From Candidatus Sysuiplasma jiujiangense (lineage in GTDB: Archaea; Thermoplasmatota; Thermoplasmata; Sysuiplasmatales; Sysuiplasmataceae), in NCBI GenBank assembly GCA_019721075.1, contig JAHEAD010000009.1, positions 29,888 through 93,887 of the forward strand: DNA of 64,000 nucleotides. The letters are read 5' to 3'. The notes under the pieces were generated by a model. That model saw only the letters and a program-made list of their open reading frames with translations, ran no database searches and had not been told where the DNA came from. Below are positions 48,840 to 58,633 of this stretch, one piece after another. The stretch's first letter is position 1. Every line of letters starts with the position of its first letter. Both the position numbers and the translations under genes were made by a program.

Positions 48840-49829
48840 ATGACCTCACTGAAAGTAACAAACGGGAACGGAATTGAAGTCGAGACGGGAGATTCGTCGT
48901 ATCTCCTCGATCCGAAGAAAACTGTTGACGGAATAGTCAATGTGATATCCCATGCCCACTCTGACCATCTGCCGAGGGGAGGAAGCGGCAGAAAGGTCAT
49001 TTCGACCTCAGAGACAATTGAGCTTGCATATCACAGGACAGGGAAGAGGTATTATCCTGCCGAGGATGACACCGTCGAAATTGTCGAGGCAGGGCATATT
49101 CCAGGATCCGTTATGACGCTGATCCGCGGCGATTCCAGCTTCCTCTATACGGCGGATTTCTGCACAAGGCAGAAGGTTTATCTGAAGCCGGCGGAACCGA
49201 GAAAAACAGACTGTCTCGTGATTGAGACAACGTACGGCCGTCCCGATTACGTTTTTCCCGATCCGGTGGAACTCTCGGGCGTTATAAGGGACTGGGTTTC
49301 GGACTCCATAAGTCACTCGATTCCAGTCTTCTTTTCGCTGTATCCGCTGGGCAAGGCGCAGGAAATCGAAGTGATTTTGAAGGGACTGCCGCTCTATGCC
49401 GACGAAACTGTCCGGTCACACAACAGCATTATTTTCGGCGACACACCGTGGATCGGCAGCATGGAGGAAGCGCATTCGGCGGAATCTGTCTTCATCTGCT
49501 CCTCGAGGAAGTCCCTTTCGGCGGTGAGACCCTCTGTCAGGAGGAAGCTCCTGACGGCAACTGTTTCCGGATGGGCACTCGGCAATGGTTTCCGGCATGG
49601 GGGAGGTTACGACGAGGCTTTCCCGCTTTCAGATCACTGCGACTACAACGACCTGATGAACTTTGTCGAAAAGTGCGGACCCGAAATCGTGTACACTGTC
49701 CACGGTTTCACGGACGATTTTGCAGCTTCGGTGAAAAGCGAGCTTGGAATAGAGGCAATGCCTCTGAAAAGCGCGCGCGTTGCGCGCAGAAGGATGCAGA
49801 GCCGGATTGACAGTTTCAGGCCAAGATAG
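48840..49829 (+). CDS. Short beta-CASP family metallo-beta-lactamase nuclease
   Basis: ISHAHSDH (HxHxDH) and C-terminal LSDHCDYNDLMNFVEKCGPEIVYTVHG, parallel to FSGHSDRRQLLNFV of aCPSF1; 329 aa. Confidence 0.6.
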   Translation: MTSLKVTNGNGIEVETGDSSYLLDPKKTVDGIVNVISHAHSDHLPRGGSGRKVISTSETIELAYHRTGKRYYPAEDDTVEIVEAGHIPGSVMTLIRGDSSFLYTADFCTRQKVYLKPAEPRKTDCLVIETTYGRPDYVFPDPVELSGVIRDWVSDSISHSIPVFFSLYPLGKAQEIEVILKGLPLYADETVRSHNSIIFGDTPWIGSMEEAHSAESVFICSSRKSLSAVRPSVRRKLLTATVSGWALGNGFRHGGGYDEAFPLSDHCDYNDLMNFVEKCGPEIVYTVHGFTDDFAASVKSELGIEAMPLKSARVARRRMQSRIDSFRPR

Positions 49830-49848
49830 GCCGCAGGGGAGTGCCGCA

Positions 49849-50844
49849 TCATGGCTTCCGTCTGAATCCGGGATAGGTCCCATGCCTCATAAGGACACGG
49901 AGCGTATCGGAGGCAATGCCGGACGCAGAGCTGGATATGGAATCGCCGGACATGAGTGCCCTTGCGATTGCCACGCCCTCGCCCTTTTCAGTCAGGAGCG
50001 CAATTACCGAGCCCCGTCTTACTGTTCCGTTGATCCGCCTTACTCCCTTCACGGTGAGATCGGCGCCATGGCAGATGCTGTCGACAGCGCTGTCCTTCAG
50101 CACTATTGACGGAAGCGCCGACAGTATTTCCTCATATGGAACGAGTATTTCGCGCAGCCGCGTTTCATCGCCTTTCCTCCAGTAATAGACGGCGTCCTCG
50201 AGCTGGTGAAGCGTTACGGCCCTGTCCTCACCGAACGGTCCCGCCCTTGTCCTCCTCAGCTCTTCCATCTGTGCGCCTGTGCACAATGCCTTTCCGATAT
50301 CGACGCAGAGTGTCCTGATATAAGTGCCTGCCTCGCATTCAACACGGAAGAGGAAGCGCCTCTCTCTTGATTCCAGCAGCTTCAGCGAGCGTATTTCCCT
50401 TGTCCTTCTTTCTCTCTTTACAGCGGATCGCACGGGCGGCACCTGGAAAATGCTGCCTGTGAATTTGGAAAAAATCCATTCTACCTCACGCTGCGGAACA
50501 TCCGAATGAAAACGCAGGACACCGACGTACTCCTTTGTGAGGTAGTTCATGACATCAAGAGCCCTCAGCGCGTAACCGGTGCCGATGGGCAGAACGCCTG
50601 TCACTGCGGGATCGAGCGTACCGCTGTGCCCTGTTTTCTCCACGCCGAGTATGTCTGAAACCCATGAGGTAACCTGATGGCTCGTGGGACCGCTTGGCTT
50701 GTCCAGAACAATGATGGAGGATGTCAGCTTCTCCTGCAGCGTGCGCTGCGACGGACTTTTTCCGTAGGCTGCGGAGGAACCGCCGTCGGCATCCACAGGA
50801 TCACTCCCTGTAAAGACGGCGCATAACGTTCTCTGCCAGTTCAT
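49849..50844 (-). CDS. cbf5: H/ACA RNP pseudouridine synthase Cbf5 (TruB family with PUA domain)
   Basis: LDKPSGPTSHQVTSWV, GHSGTLDPAVTGVLPIG, C-terminal PUA. Start trimmed to an internal Met; the longer ORF overlaps cmk. Confidence 0.85.
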   Translation of the reverse strand: MNWQRTLCAVFTGSDPVDADGGSSAAYGKSPSQRTLQEKLTSSIIVLDKPSGPTSHQVTSWVSDILGVEKTGHSGTLDPAVTGVLPIGTGYALRALDVMNYLTKEYVGVLRFHSDVPQREVEWIFSKFTGSIFQVPPVRSAVKRERRTREIRSLKLLESRERRFLFRVECEAGTYIRTLCVDIGKALCTGAQMEELRRTRAGPFGEDRAVTLHQLEDAVYYWRKGDETRLREILVPYEEILSALPSIVLKDSAVDSICHGADLTVKGVRRINGTVRRGSVIALLTEKGEGVAIARALMSGDSISSSASGIASDTLRVLMRHGTYPGFRRKP

Positions 50845-51331
50845 CGGGGAGCATGGCGGTAGAGTCGAGGACAGCGTCGTAACAGGACATGTCATCCCTG
50901 TCTATGCCGTAAATTTTGAGATACCGCCTCTTCTCGCTCTCCTCCCTCATCAATGTCTGCCTTACCGCCTCTTCATACGTGATGCCGTCTCTCTCCGAAA
51001 TTCTCTCCATTCTTGTGCCGAAAGATGCATCGAGAAAGACAGACAGTGCAGAGAGACCGGCGCGTTTTATCATGTGGCACGAAAGCCTTCCCTCAACAAC
51101 ACAGTCCGCCTGCCTGGCGGCTTCCGCAACAACCCTCTTGTCAAGCGCAATGTCTATCTCGTAGTCGCTTTCAGCCAGCAGATTCATCTCCACGACACCA
51201 ATTCCCCTCTCCGATGCAATCTGCCTGAATATCGAGCCGGTGGATATGAGTTTATAGCCCAGCTTCCCTGAAATCAGGGAGGCGAGCGTTGTTTTGCCGC
51301 TTCCTGCCGGACCGCTCACTGTTATGATCAT
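50801..51331 (-). CDS. cmk: Cytidylate kinase, archaeal type
   Basis: MIITVSGPAGSGKTT P-loop; ~175 aa. Confidence 0.85.
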   Translation of the reverse strand: MIITVSGPAGSGKTTLASLISGKLGYKLISTGSIFRQIASERGIGVVEMNLLAESDYEIDIALDKRVVAEAARQADCVVEGRLSCHMIKRAGLSALSVFLDASFGTRMERISERDGITYEEAVRQTLMREESEKRRYLKIYGIDRDDMSCYDAVLDSTAMLPDELAENVMRRLYRE

Positions 51332-51460
51332 CCGGGATGTTAAATGCAATCTCTATAAAAACAGATTGCCGGTGCAGCCATTCCTGCCCGGTCCGTAATA
51401 GTCCGTGCAGGCCCGAACATACTGTCCCGGAATGCAGGGCGGCGCGTGCGGACCGGCAAT

Positions 51461-52159
51461 TCAGCTGTTCTCGGCGGGCTTTTTCATTGCGGCCGTATTC
51501 AACCGTTCAAGTCTTCTCTTCAGTATGAAATAGCGCAGAAAACGCTGATACACGATTGTGAACGGAAGACCGAGAAGTCCGTAAAGGAACACCCACGCCG
51601 GGAAAAAGATGATCGACTGGCCGAAATACACCCTGGCTGCCCACGGAACAGCGAAAACAGGATATGGAAGCGCAAGGAGAAATACGCTGAGCCAGGCGAA
51701 CAGGGGGAAAATGACTATTATCGTTATTGGCATTACCTTGAACTGCCTGTTCATCTGCTGCGTGTTTTCCATCATGTAGGAACCCTGAATCTTCTGAATC
51801 TTCTTCAGCTTCACCTGATCCCTTTCCTTCATCGCCTGCCTGTGGTGGATGCGCAGTGCTGCAAGATGTTTCTGGATCCTTGCCTGCTGGATGAAATCAG
51901 TGTAGATGACACGGAGCGATGTTCCAAGCAGGACGACAACCAGTTCGGCAAACATGATCGTGATTGTAGGATAAAGGCCGCCGAAACCGATGAGCGGATC
52001 GAGCACGTCGCCCGTGACCCTTACGGCAACCGCCCGTACGGAGGGGTTGAGGAAGGCAAACAGCATCACAAGCATGAATATCATGACAATGAACATCTGT
52101 CCCGTTCCCTGCGGCATCTGCTGCGGCGGCTGCCTGCTCTGCGCTGATGCCATGCTCAT
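51461..52159 (-). CDS. DUF106 family membrane protein (archaeal YidC/Oxa1/EMC3-like insertase homolog)
   Basis: Three-TM architecture with a coiled-coil/basic cytoplasmic loop and the typical secY-adjacent position. Confidence 0.65.
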   Translation of the reverse strand: MSMASAQSRQPPQQMPQGTGQMFIVMIFMLVMLFAFLNPSVRAVAVRVTGDVLDPLIGFGGLYPTITIMFAELVVVLLGTSLRVIYTDFIQQARIQKHLAALRIHHRQAMKERDQVKLKKIQKIQGSYMMENTQQMNRQFKVMPITIIVIFPLFAWLSVFLLALPYPVFAVPWAARVYFGQSIIFFPAWVFLYGLLGLPFTIVYQRFLRYFILKRRLERLNTAAMKKPAENS

Positions 52160-53778
52160 CCCCCGAAGAACTGTCTCAGCACAGGATGCATCTCCATCAT
52201 CTGTTCCTGGCCTATGGCGTCATAAAACTGGATGAGTATGCCGGTGGTCAGCAGCAGTCCTACGCCCGTGGCGTTGCCCACAGTGCCGATCAGATCAGCA
52301 CCTACCGCCAGGAAACCCACCAGTGCTCCGCTCAGAACGGTCACTGTCGGTATGTAACGCTCAAGCACTCTCTTCATGACACGGGGGTCCCTCCTGAAAC
52401 CGGGAATCTGCATGCCGCTGCTTTCAATCTGCTCCGCAACGGCCTGCGGTCCCATGTTGGTTGTCTCTATCCAGAACTTGGCGAAAAGTATCGACCCCAG
52501 GACGTAGACAAGCGTGAATGCGCCTATCCAGGCAGCAAACTGTATGAATGTATGCCCCTCCAGCTGCGGACTTCCGTTGGCGTATACCGGGCTTATCATC
52601 GGAAGCAGCCAGTCGGAAAGGCCGTTGACATTGCTGACATACCATGCGATACCGCCTGTCGGCGTTGTGCTGCCCGCGGCATATGTTCCCAGCCATGCCT
52701 GGTGGCCTATAAGGGGTATCTTCATCATTGCGGGGTTCGTCCAAAGTAGGTAGCTGAACATGCTGACGTTCGCAAGAAGCGCAGCAACTAGTATTACCGG
52801 TATGTTCGAAGCGTAGATGAGTTTTATCGGATACCTGCCTCTCGCTCCCTTGGCTGTTTCATGCGCAAGCGGTAGTTCAATCCTTGTCGATTCGGTCCAG
52901 GCAACAATGAGGAAGATCGCTATCGTCCCGATAAGTGCCGTCACCGGATTGGGCTGGCCCAGCATCAGCGTTTCAAAACCGCTGCTGCTCAGCTGGCCGG
53001 CCGGGACGTTGAACAGCACGTATATTATTTTAGGGATCGTCCCGACCGGTGCACTTGCGAACGGTCCCGTTGCGACAATACCGTTGGATGCGGCCGGGGC
53101 AGGATACCAGTTGAGTGCGCCGGTAAATATCTGCTGCGACACGCCGGCTGCAATGAACATCGAGATGCCGCTTCCAATCCCCCATTTTGATACTATTTCA
53201 TCCATGAGGAATATCAGGTATGACCCGACAAAAAGCTGCCCGATGATTATGATCTGCGAAAGGGACTTGCCGCTGTCCAGGAGCGGATATACGCCCAGCA
53301 CCGATATCCTTGAGGCGGCAGCGCCTATATTGTGGACGAATGTGGGCGAGGGGGAAAGATATCCGAAAACCTGCGGTATCGCCTCCACAAATATCATTAT
53401 GAGCACGACGAACTTCTGTGTGCTCTGGTAAACGGCCTTGTCCTCGTCGTCAGTGAGGTCCAGATTGATTATCTTGGCGCCAGTGAACAGCTGCATCACT
53501 ATGGACCCCGTGACAATCGGGCCTATTCCCAGCTGGAGTATTGAACCGGAGGCACCTGCAATGATTGCCCTGTACTGCGCGAAAAGATCGATGGTGGTCG
53601 CCCTGTCGAGACCGTAGATATAGACATTTGTCATGACGAAGTAGAGGAATATGATCAGTATGACCCAGAGCATTTTTGTCCTGAAATGGACATGCCCCTC
53701 CGGCTTTGTTATTGCCGGCAGCCTGTCTGTAAAGGGCTTAAGCTTGTAAAGAAGACTTTTTTTCTCCTCGTTCGCCAT
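52156..53778 (-). CDS. secY: Preprotein translocase subunit SecY
   Basis: 10-TM SecY architecture immediately after uL15. Confidence 0.95.
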   Translation of the reverse strand: MANEEKKSLLYKLKPFTDRLPAITKPEGHVHFRTKMLWVILIIFLYFVMTNVYIYGLDRATTIDLFAQYRAIIAGASGSILQLGIGPIVTGSIVMQLFTGAKIINLDLTDDEDKAVYQSTQKFVVLIMIFVEAIPQVFGYLSPSPTFVHNIGAAASRISVLGVYPLLDSGKSLSQIIIIGQLFVGSYLIFLMDEIVSKWGIGSGISMFIAAGVSQQIFTGALNWYPAPAASNGIVATGPFASAPVGTIPKIIYVLFNVPAGQLSSSGFETLMLGQPNPVTALIGTIAIFLIVAWTESTRIELPLAHETAKGARGRYPIKLIYASNIPVILVAALLANVSMFSYLLWTNPAMMKIPLIGHQAWLGTYAAGSTTPTGGIAWYVSNVNGLSDWLLPMISPVYANGSPQLEGHTFIQFAAWIGAFTLVYVLGSILFAKFWIETTNMGPQAVAEQIESSGMQIPGFRRDPRVMKRVLERYIPTVTVLSGALVGFLAVGADLIGTVGNATGVGLLLTTGILIQFYDAIGQEQMMEMHPVLRQFFGG

Positions 53779-53801
53779 TCTAAATCACATAAAACGCCAA
53801 G

Positions 53802-54227
53802 CTATTTAAGTGTCACACTTCCGCCTGATTTTTCAATATGCTGCTTTGCCTTTGGAGTCGCAGCCGCGACGGCGACATGAATTGCCGAGTGAATCCTGCC
53901 GTCAGAAATGAGCTTGTCGTAGCCTGCTGCACCGAGATCGACAGTAATTTTGCCGTCCTGTTCCTTCGCAAAGCCGTCGGAAACCAGCCGGGGCAGAACG
54001 GATTCCAGTACGGTTGTGGTTATCGCCCTCTTCTCGTCAAGCATCTTCAGGGGGCGCTTGAATCCACGCGGTCCGAAGTGGCCGGGATCGTATTTCAGCA
54101 TATGCATGAACTTGTGCTTGTGCAGGCCCGCATTTCCCCTGCCGCCATGTATGCCTGCCCCCCTTCCCGACTTCTTTCCCCTGCCGTGCGTCCTTGAGCC
54201 CCTGAACTTACTCGTTCTGCTTACCAT
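53802..54227 (-). CDS. rpl15: 50S ribosomal protein L15 (uL15)
   Basis: Basic Gly-rich N-terminus and operon position. Confidence 0.9.
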   Translation of the reverse strand: MVSRTSKFRGSRTHGRGKKSGRGAGIHGGRGNAGLHKHKFMHMLKYDPGHFGPRGFKRPLKMLDEKRAITTTVLESVLPRLVSDGFAKEQDGKITVDLGAAGYDKLISDGRIHSAIHVAVAAATPKAKQHIEKSGGSVTLK

Positions 54228-54705
54228 TTCCGTTCACTCCTCCCATTGGTATCATGCGCCCTATGAGCGTGTTTATCTCCCCGCCCCTGTAACCGAGGGA
54301 GCCGCCGGTCGCATAGTCCTTCTTGACAGCCTCCCATCCCTGCCTCGGGGGATGGAGCCGCACGACCTTCTTGAGCTTCAGATCCGGCAGGCGTTTGCTG
54401 CCTTCGGAGAGGGACCGGACGAGCGATTGCCTGTCCATCCCGGAAGCTTTCTCGATCTCACCCGGCGATGGTTTCCTGTCCCCTTCAAGCCGGAATGCTG
54501 AATTCATCAGTTTTTCGATGCTCTCCCCGCTGATCTCTCCCCAGGTGACATAATCCTTGACTATCTGGAGCATCCTCCGCGTCGTTTCCGTTTCAGGAAG
54601 AAGAACCATGTGGTTGACCCTGCTCAGATGCATCTGTTCCAGTGTCACAACTGCCTTGCGCTTTATCTTTCCGTGACCCCTGACTCGTATGACCGCATAC
54701 ATCAT
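54208..54705 (-). CDS. rpl30: 50S ribosomal protein L30 (uL30)
   Basis: MYAVIRVRG N-terminus and position. Confidence 0.85.
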   Translation of the reverse strand: MMYAVIRVRGHGKIKRKAVVTLEQMHLSRVNHMVLLPETETTRRMLQIVKDYVTWGEISGESIEKLMNSAFRLEGDRKPSPGEIEKASGMDRQSLVRSLSEGSKRLPDLKLKKVVRLHPPRQGWEAVKKDYATGGSLGYRGGEINTLIGRMIPMGGVNGNGKQNE

Positions 54706-55406
54706 TCAGCACCCTCCGTGCCCGCCGGCGGTATTTCCGTCTCGACGACATGGACCCTGCTTATCCCGGACCTTATCTTCAGCCTTTCGAGCTGGTCTGA
54801 AGACACACGGTAGCTGACGGTCTTCTTCAGCGCATCAAACGCCGCATACGTGAAGTTGAGCGTTGTCTTCGAGTGACCGTTGGTAAATCCCCAGGCATCA
54901 GATATGCCTGCGAGCGAGATTACAGTCTTTGCGACGTTCCCGACCGCAAGGCCAACGCCCCTGGGGGCCGGCCTGAGCGAAAGCGTGACCGAACCGGCCC
55001 TCCCTTCCACCCTGAACGGAAGGGTATGCGCGGTCAGGCAGCCGCACTGCCATGAGCCGCATCCTCTCCTTATTTCGATGATATTGAGCTTTGCATCCTG
55101 TATTGCGTTTCTTATCGTCGGTCCCACTTCCCTGCCCTTGGCGCGGCCGACGCCGACGATTCCGTCCCTGTTACCGACAACACATGTAATGGCAAACCTG
55201 ACCCTTCTGCCGCTGTCCGTCATACGCTGGACCATCTTTACATCGGCAACCTCGTCCGCCATGTCCGGAACAAGCATGTCGACGATTTCCGGTTCCCTGA
55301 GAGGGAGCTTTGAACCGAGCGCCTGTGATATAGAGGTAATCTTTCCTTCATAAACAAGCCTGCCGAGTTTTGTTTTCGGCGTCCATGGCAATGTCTCATT
55401 CTGCAA
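54702..55406 (-). CDS. rps5: 30S ribosomal protein S5 (uS5)
   Basis: dsRBD-like + S5 C-terminal domain (VGNRDGIVGVG). Confidence 0.9.
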   Translation of the reverse strand: MQNETLPWTPKTKLGRLVYEGKITSISQALGSKLPLREPEIVDMLVPDMADEVADVKMVQRMTDSGRRVRFAITCVVGNRDGIVGVGRAKGREVGPTIRNAIQDAKLNIIEIRRGCGSWQCGCLTAHTLPFRVEGRAGSVTLSLRPAPRGVGLAVGNVAKTVISLAGISDAWGFTNGHSKTTLNFTYAAFDALKKTVSYRVSSDQLERLKIRSGISRVHVVETEIPPAGTEGAE

Positions 55407-55407
55407 C

Positions 55408-55893
55408 TCATTTCACCAGCTTTGTCTTGATTTCAGATATATTTCCATGACCTGCCGAAAGCGCCTCGATACGTGCCGCCGGCACAACAATCGAGTCGTC
55501 ATGCGGTATCTCCACCCCGCCTTCAAGCATGCCGCTGAGTGCGGCATACATGTTGCCGTTCTTCCGGGGGTTAATCATGCCGACATCGAGGATGGCCTCG
55601 CTTACACCATGCTTTTTTGCCCTCGCCGCCGCCAGCATACCGGTCAGGAAGGCTGCGGCGCCGTTTGAGGCTGCGCCGCTCCAGCCATACTTCCTGAGTT
55701 CAATGCTGTTCGCCGTCGCAATGACCCTGTCTCCGGAAGGATCAAAACTGATAAACTGAACAGTGAAGTACCTGTTGCTGCAGCGGACAACCGCCCTCGG
55801 GCTTCCCGACTTGAGCAGACGGAGTCTGTGGGAATAATCTGTGATTCCCTCCCTTCTTCTCCTGAACGGTACCTTGTAACGCGGTCCTGTCAT
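55408..55893 (-). CDS. rpl18: 50S ribosomal protein L18 (uL18)
   Basis: PRYKVPFRRRREGITDY N-terminus. Confidence 0.9.
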   Translation of the reverse strand: MTGPRYKVPFRRRREGITDYSHRLRLLKSGSPRAVVRCSNRYFTVQFISFDPSGDRVIATANSIELRKYGWSGAASNGAAAFLTGMLAAARAKKHGVSEAILDVGMINPRKNGNMYAALSGMLEGGVEIPHDDSIVVPAARIEALSAGHGNISEIKTKLVK

Positions 55894-56357
55894 TTCACTT
55901 CCTCCCTGAGCAGACCTTCACCCTTGAGGTGCTCTTCAAGGTTTCTTCTGCCCTTGAACATGCCTCCCTTGGTGAGCCTGTAAAATTTCCTGTAGGTGGA
56001 GCGGTCGATTCTCCCGCCGTCGCGGTACGATTTGAGCTGTTCCCTCATCGCCCTTATTGTTTTCTTCCATCTCTGCTTCTTCGGTGCGCGTGTATTGAAC
56101 GTACCCTTCTTCGATCCCCTGCCGCTCTGCCTTCCCTTCATCTTCTGCTCCAGATTGCTGTTGATCCTTCCCCTGGAGTTGCCTTTCCGCGGAACGGCAT
56201 AGATGCTGCCGGACTGGATTGCTGTCCTGATGTCCGCCCTGGTGATGGCATCGGCGACGTCTGAAATCCTGTTGGGGTTTATCTTTACACGAGAACCGCC
56301 GCACTTCAATATGCCGGCAGCCATCCTTTTCTGATTTTTCAGATCCATTGATATCAC
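55890..56357 (-). CDS. rpl19e: 50S ribosomal protein L19e (eL19)
   Basis: MDLKNQKRMAAGILKCG motif. Confidence 0.9.
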   Translation of the reverse strand: MISMDLKNQKRMAAGILKCGGSRVKINPNRISDVADAITRADIRTAIQSGSIYAVPRKGNSRGRINSNLEQKMKGRQSGRGSKKGTFNTRAPKKQRWKKTIRAMREQLKSYRDGGRIDRSTYRKFYRLTKGGMFKGRRNLEEHLKGEGLLREEVK

Positions 56358-57022
56358 CCGTTGAGAACCCTTATCTGCAGCCTTTCGGCCTCTGCAACAA
56401 TTTCATTCCTCTTCCTGGTGCCGACGGAGTGGGCAATCCTCACTGCTGTTGTTTTCGGATCAACGCCTTCCAGCTCACCGGCGTTATGAACAATCTTTTC
56501 GGCAAAGCCTGAGGGGTGCAGATGCCTCGCCATTGCCGGGGAACCGTAGCCTGCGGATGCCAGCTTCGGCCTGTAGTAGACCGCAAGCCTCATCTTGCCC
56601 TGGTTTCCCCTCGGCCTCCTCCACTTGAGACCGATCCTGTCCGCCTTGTAATATTCGGCGCGGTGGAATGCCGGCCTTCTTGCGGCTGTCTCCGCTCTCT
56701 TCCTGAGCGCGTCCCTGAGCGCCGGTGTGAGTGAAGGTTTCCGGTGCGGATGGTATTTGCCTTCCTCCTCGAGTTTTGAAGTTTCGGCGACAACAGTTTC
56801 CTTTTCCTCGGCTGCTTCCTCTTCGGCGCCGTTCGCTTCAATGCCGAGTTTTTCCTTCCAGGAATTCAACTCTGCATCCGATGCGCCGATGCTGGTCTGA
56901 AGCTCGGCCGCCTTCTCTTCATCCTCGAGCCGCTCGGCGAGAGCACCTTCATCCGTGATGCCTGCGTCGGAGAGCTTTTTCAGCATTTCGCTGTCCTGTC
57001 CAACAATCTCCTCAAGCTTCAT
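56354..57022 (-). CDS. rpl32e: 50S ribosomal protein L32e (eL32) with a ~90-aa N-terminal acidic/helix-hairpin-helix-like extension
   Basis: C-terminal core FHRAEYYKADRIGLKWRRPRG...; N-terminal LKKLSDAGITDEGALAE extension as in halophile L32e. Confidence 0.85.
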   Translation of the reverse strand: MKLEEIVGQDSEMLKKLSDAGITDEGALAERLEDEEKAAELQTSIGASDAELNSWKEKLGIEANGAEEEAAEEKETVVAETSKLEEEGKYHPHRKPSLTPALRDALRKRAETAARRPAFHRAEYYKADRIGLKWRRPRGNQGKMRLAVYYRPKLASAGYGSPAMARHLHPSGFAEKIVHNAGELEGVDPKTTAVRIAHSVGTRKRNEIVAEAERLQIRVLNG

Positions 57023-57570
57023 GATACCGCCTTCCCTGCCTTCGACACAATATATATTCCATCCTGGAACACGCGCTTATCATAGTTTTTGATCCTCGTG
57101 GCGCGCTCTATGTTGGCGGCAGTCTGGCCCGCATGCTCGATATACGGTGAAGAAACAGTGACCTGATCTCCCGATATGCTGACCTTCGCACCGCCGACAA
57201 TGGCTGCCCTCCTCGGATGCCTCTCGCCAAGGAAGTTTTCAATCATTACCTCCGGGCCTTTCACCTGAACCTTAATCGGGAAATGGGCATAGACAATCCT
57301 GAGTCTGTATTCGAATCCCTTGGAAACGCCTTCAATCATGCTCCTTATCTCGGATGTTATGGTGTTGAGATTTGCAAGCTCCAGCTTTGAGGGCATTTCA
57401 ATGCCTAGCTTCAGTGTCTTTCCGGAAATACTGGCATCCACCCTGCCGAAATTCACCTTCCTGGCTATTTCGCCTGCCTTCCCCTTTGAGGTTACGGCAT
57501 CCGGGCTGATTGACAGCTTTACATCGTCCGGTATCTGTATTTCATTCTCCGCTCTGCCGATTACTGCCAT
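57019..57570 (-). CDS. rpl6: 50S ribosomal protein L6 (uL6)
   Basis: Two-domain uL6 pattern and position. Confidence 0.9.
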   Translation of the reverse strand: MAVIGRAENEIQIPDDVKLSISPDAVTSKGKAGEIARKVNFGRVDASISGKTLKLGIEMPSKLELANLNTITSEIRSMIEGVSKGFEYRLRIVYAHFPIKVQVKGPEVMIENFLGERHPRRAAIVGGAKVSISGDQVTVSSPYIEHAGQTAANIERATRIKNYDKRVFQDGIYIVSKAGKAVS

Positions 57571-57580
57571 CGATTACACC

Positions 57581-57970
57581 TCAGTAGACGTACGCCAGGA
57601 GCTTTCCTCCCACACCAAGCTCCTTTGCCTTGAACTGCGAAATGACACCGTTTGTGGTCGTCATTATAAGAAGGCCGAAATCCTGTGCGGGAAGGTATCT
57701 TGACTCGTACTGCTCGATATCCATCTTCCTCACAGAATGGCGGGGCTTCACCACACCGCAGTTGTTTATTCTCTTTGCAAGGACGACCCTGAAGATTCCG
57801 GCCCTGCCGTCGTCAACGAGCTCAAACTGGCGGATATAGCCGTTCTCTGCCATGACTTTCAGCACATGCCCTATGAGCTTTGATGCCGGGCGTATCACGC
57901 ATTCGTCCTTACCCCTTTCCTCCGCGTTCTTTATTGTCGACATTGCGTCATTTAATGGATCAGATTGCAT
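57581..57970 (-). CDS. rps8: 30S ribosomal protein S8 (uS8)
   Basis: MQSDPLNDAMSTIKNAE start; the ORF track's upstream extension overlaps S14. Confidence 0.9.
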   Translation of the reverse strand: MQSDPLNDAMSTIKNAEERGKDECVIRPASKLIGHVLKVMAENGYIRQFELVDDGRAGIFRVVLAKRINNCGVVKPRHSVRKMDIEQYESRYLPAQDFGLLIMTTTNGVISQFKAKELGVGGKLLAYVY

Positions 57971-57980
57971 ACTGTTCACC

Positions 57981-58127
57981 TCAGGAATATTTCCTGAACT
58001 CAAGCTGCGGGGCAATTTCCCTGAAGCACTGTCTGCACAGGTGCAGCCCGTATCTTCTCACTATGCCCCTCTTCCTTCCGCATCTCCTGCATCCCGCCTT
58101 CCTGCCGAATTCCTTCCTGGGCTTCAT
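57981..58127 (-). CDS. rps14: 30S ribosomal protein S14 type Z (uS14, zinc-binding); absent from the ORF track because it is under 60 aa
   Basis: Translated by hand: [48 protein letters not shown] (CxxC...CxxC). Its ATG overlaps the L5 stop (ATGA). Confidence 0.85.
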   Translation of the reverse strand: MKPRKEFGRKAGCRRCGRKRGIVRRYGLHLCRQCFREIAPQLEFRKYS

Positions 58128-58633
58128 TCAAGCACCTCCAAGCTGAAATGCTCCTTCAGGTATGCAACCGCTTCCGTCAGTGTCATGCGGTGTCTGGCAG
58201 GTATGCTCCTCCGTTTTGTCTGGCGACGTGCAATCCTGTATCCCTTCCTTTTCAGGGAGACGCTTATATCCATCCCGAAAACACCTATTTCAGGATCGTA
58301 CTTCATTCCCTCGAAATCTGTATAGTCCGGTATGCCAAATGAAAAATTACCGTCGCTGCTGAACGAATAGAGACTCACCCTGTTTTCCTTCACCCAGAGG
58401 GCCTTCCTGAGGAATGTCATTGCCCTTTCTCCCCGGAGTGTTGTCTTGCATCCGATATTCTGTCCCTTTCTGATGCCGAAATCACGGTTGGTCCGCCTGG
58501 AATAGGTGACGGCTGCCGACTGGCCAGTAACCATTTCAAGCACTTTCTGTGCCTTGAGAAGGCGCTCGCCCGCTTCCCCTACACCTATATTGACAACGAC
58601 CTTGTCAATTGCCGGTGCCCTCATCGGATTCAT
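58124..58633 (-). CDS. rpl5: 50S ribosomal protein L5 (uL5)
   Basis: uL5 fold motifs and position. Confidence 0.9.
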   Translation of the reverse strand: MNPMRAPAIDKVVVNIGVGEAGERLLKAQKVLEMVTGQSAAVTYSRRTNRDFGIRKGQNIGCKTTLRGERAMTFLRKALWVKENRVSLYSFSSDGNFSFGIPDYTDFEGMKYDPEIGVFGMDISVSLKRKGYRIARRQTKRRSIPARHRMTLTEAVAYLKEHFSLEVLE

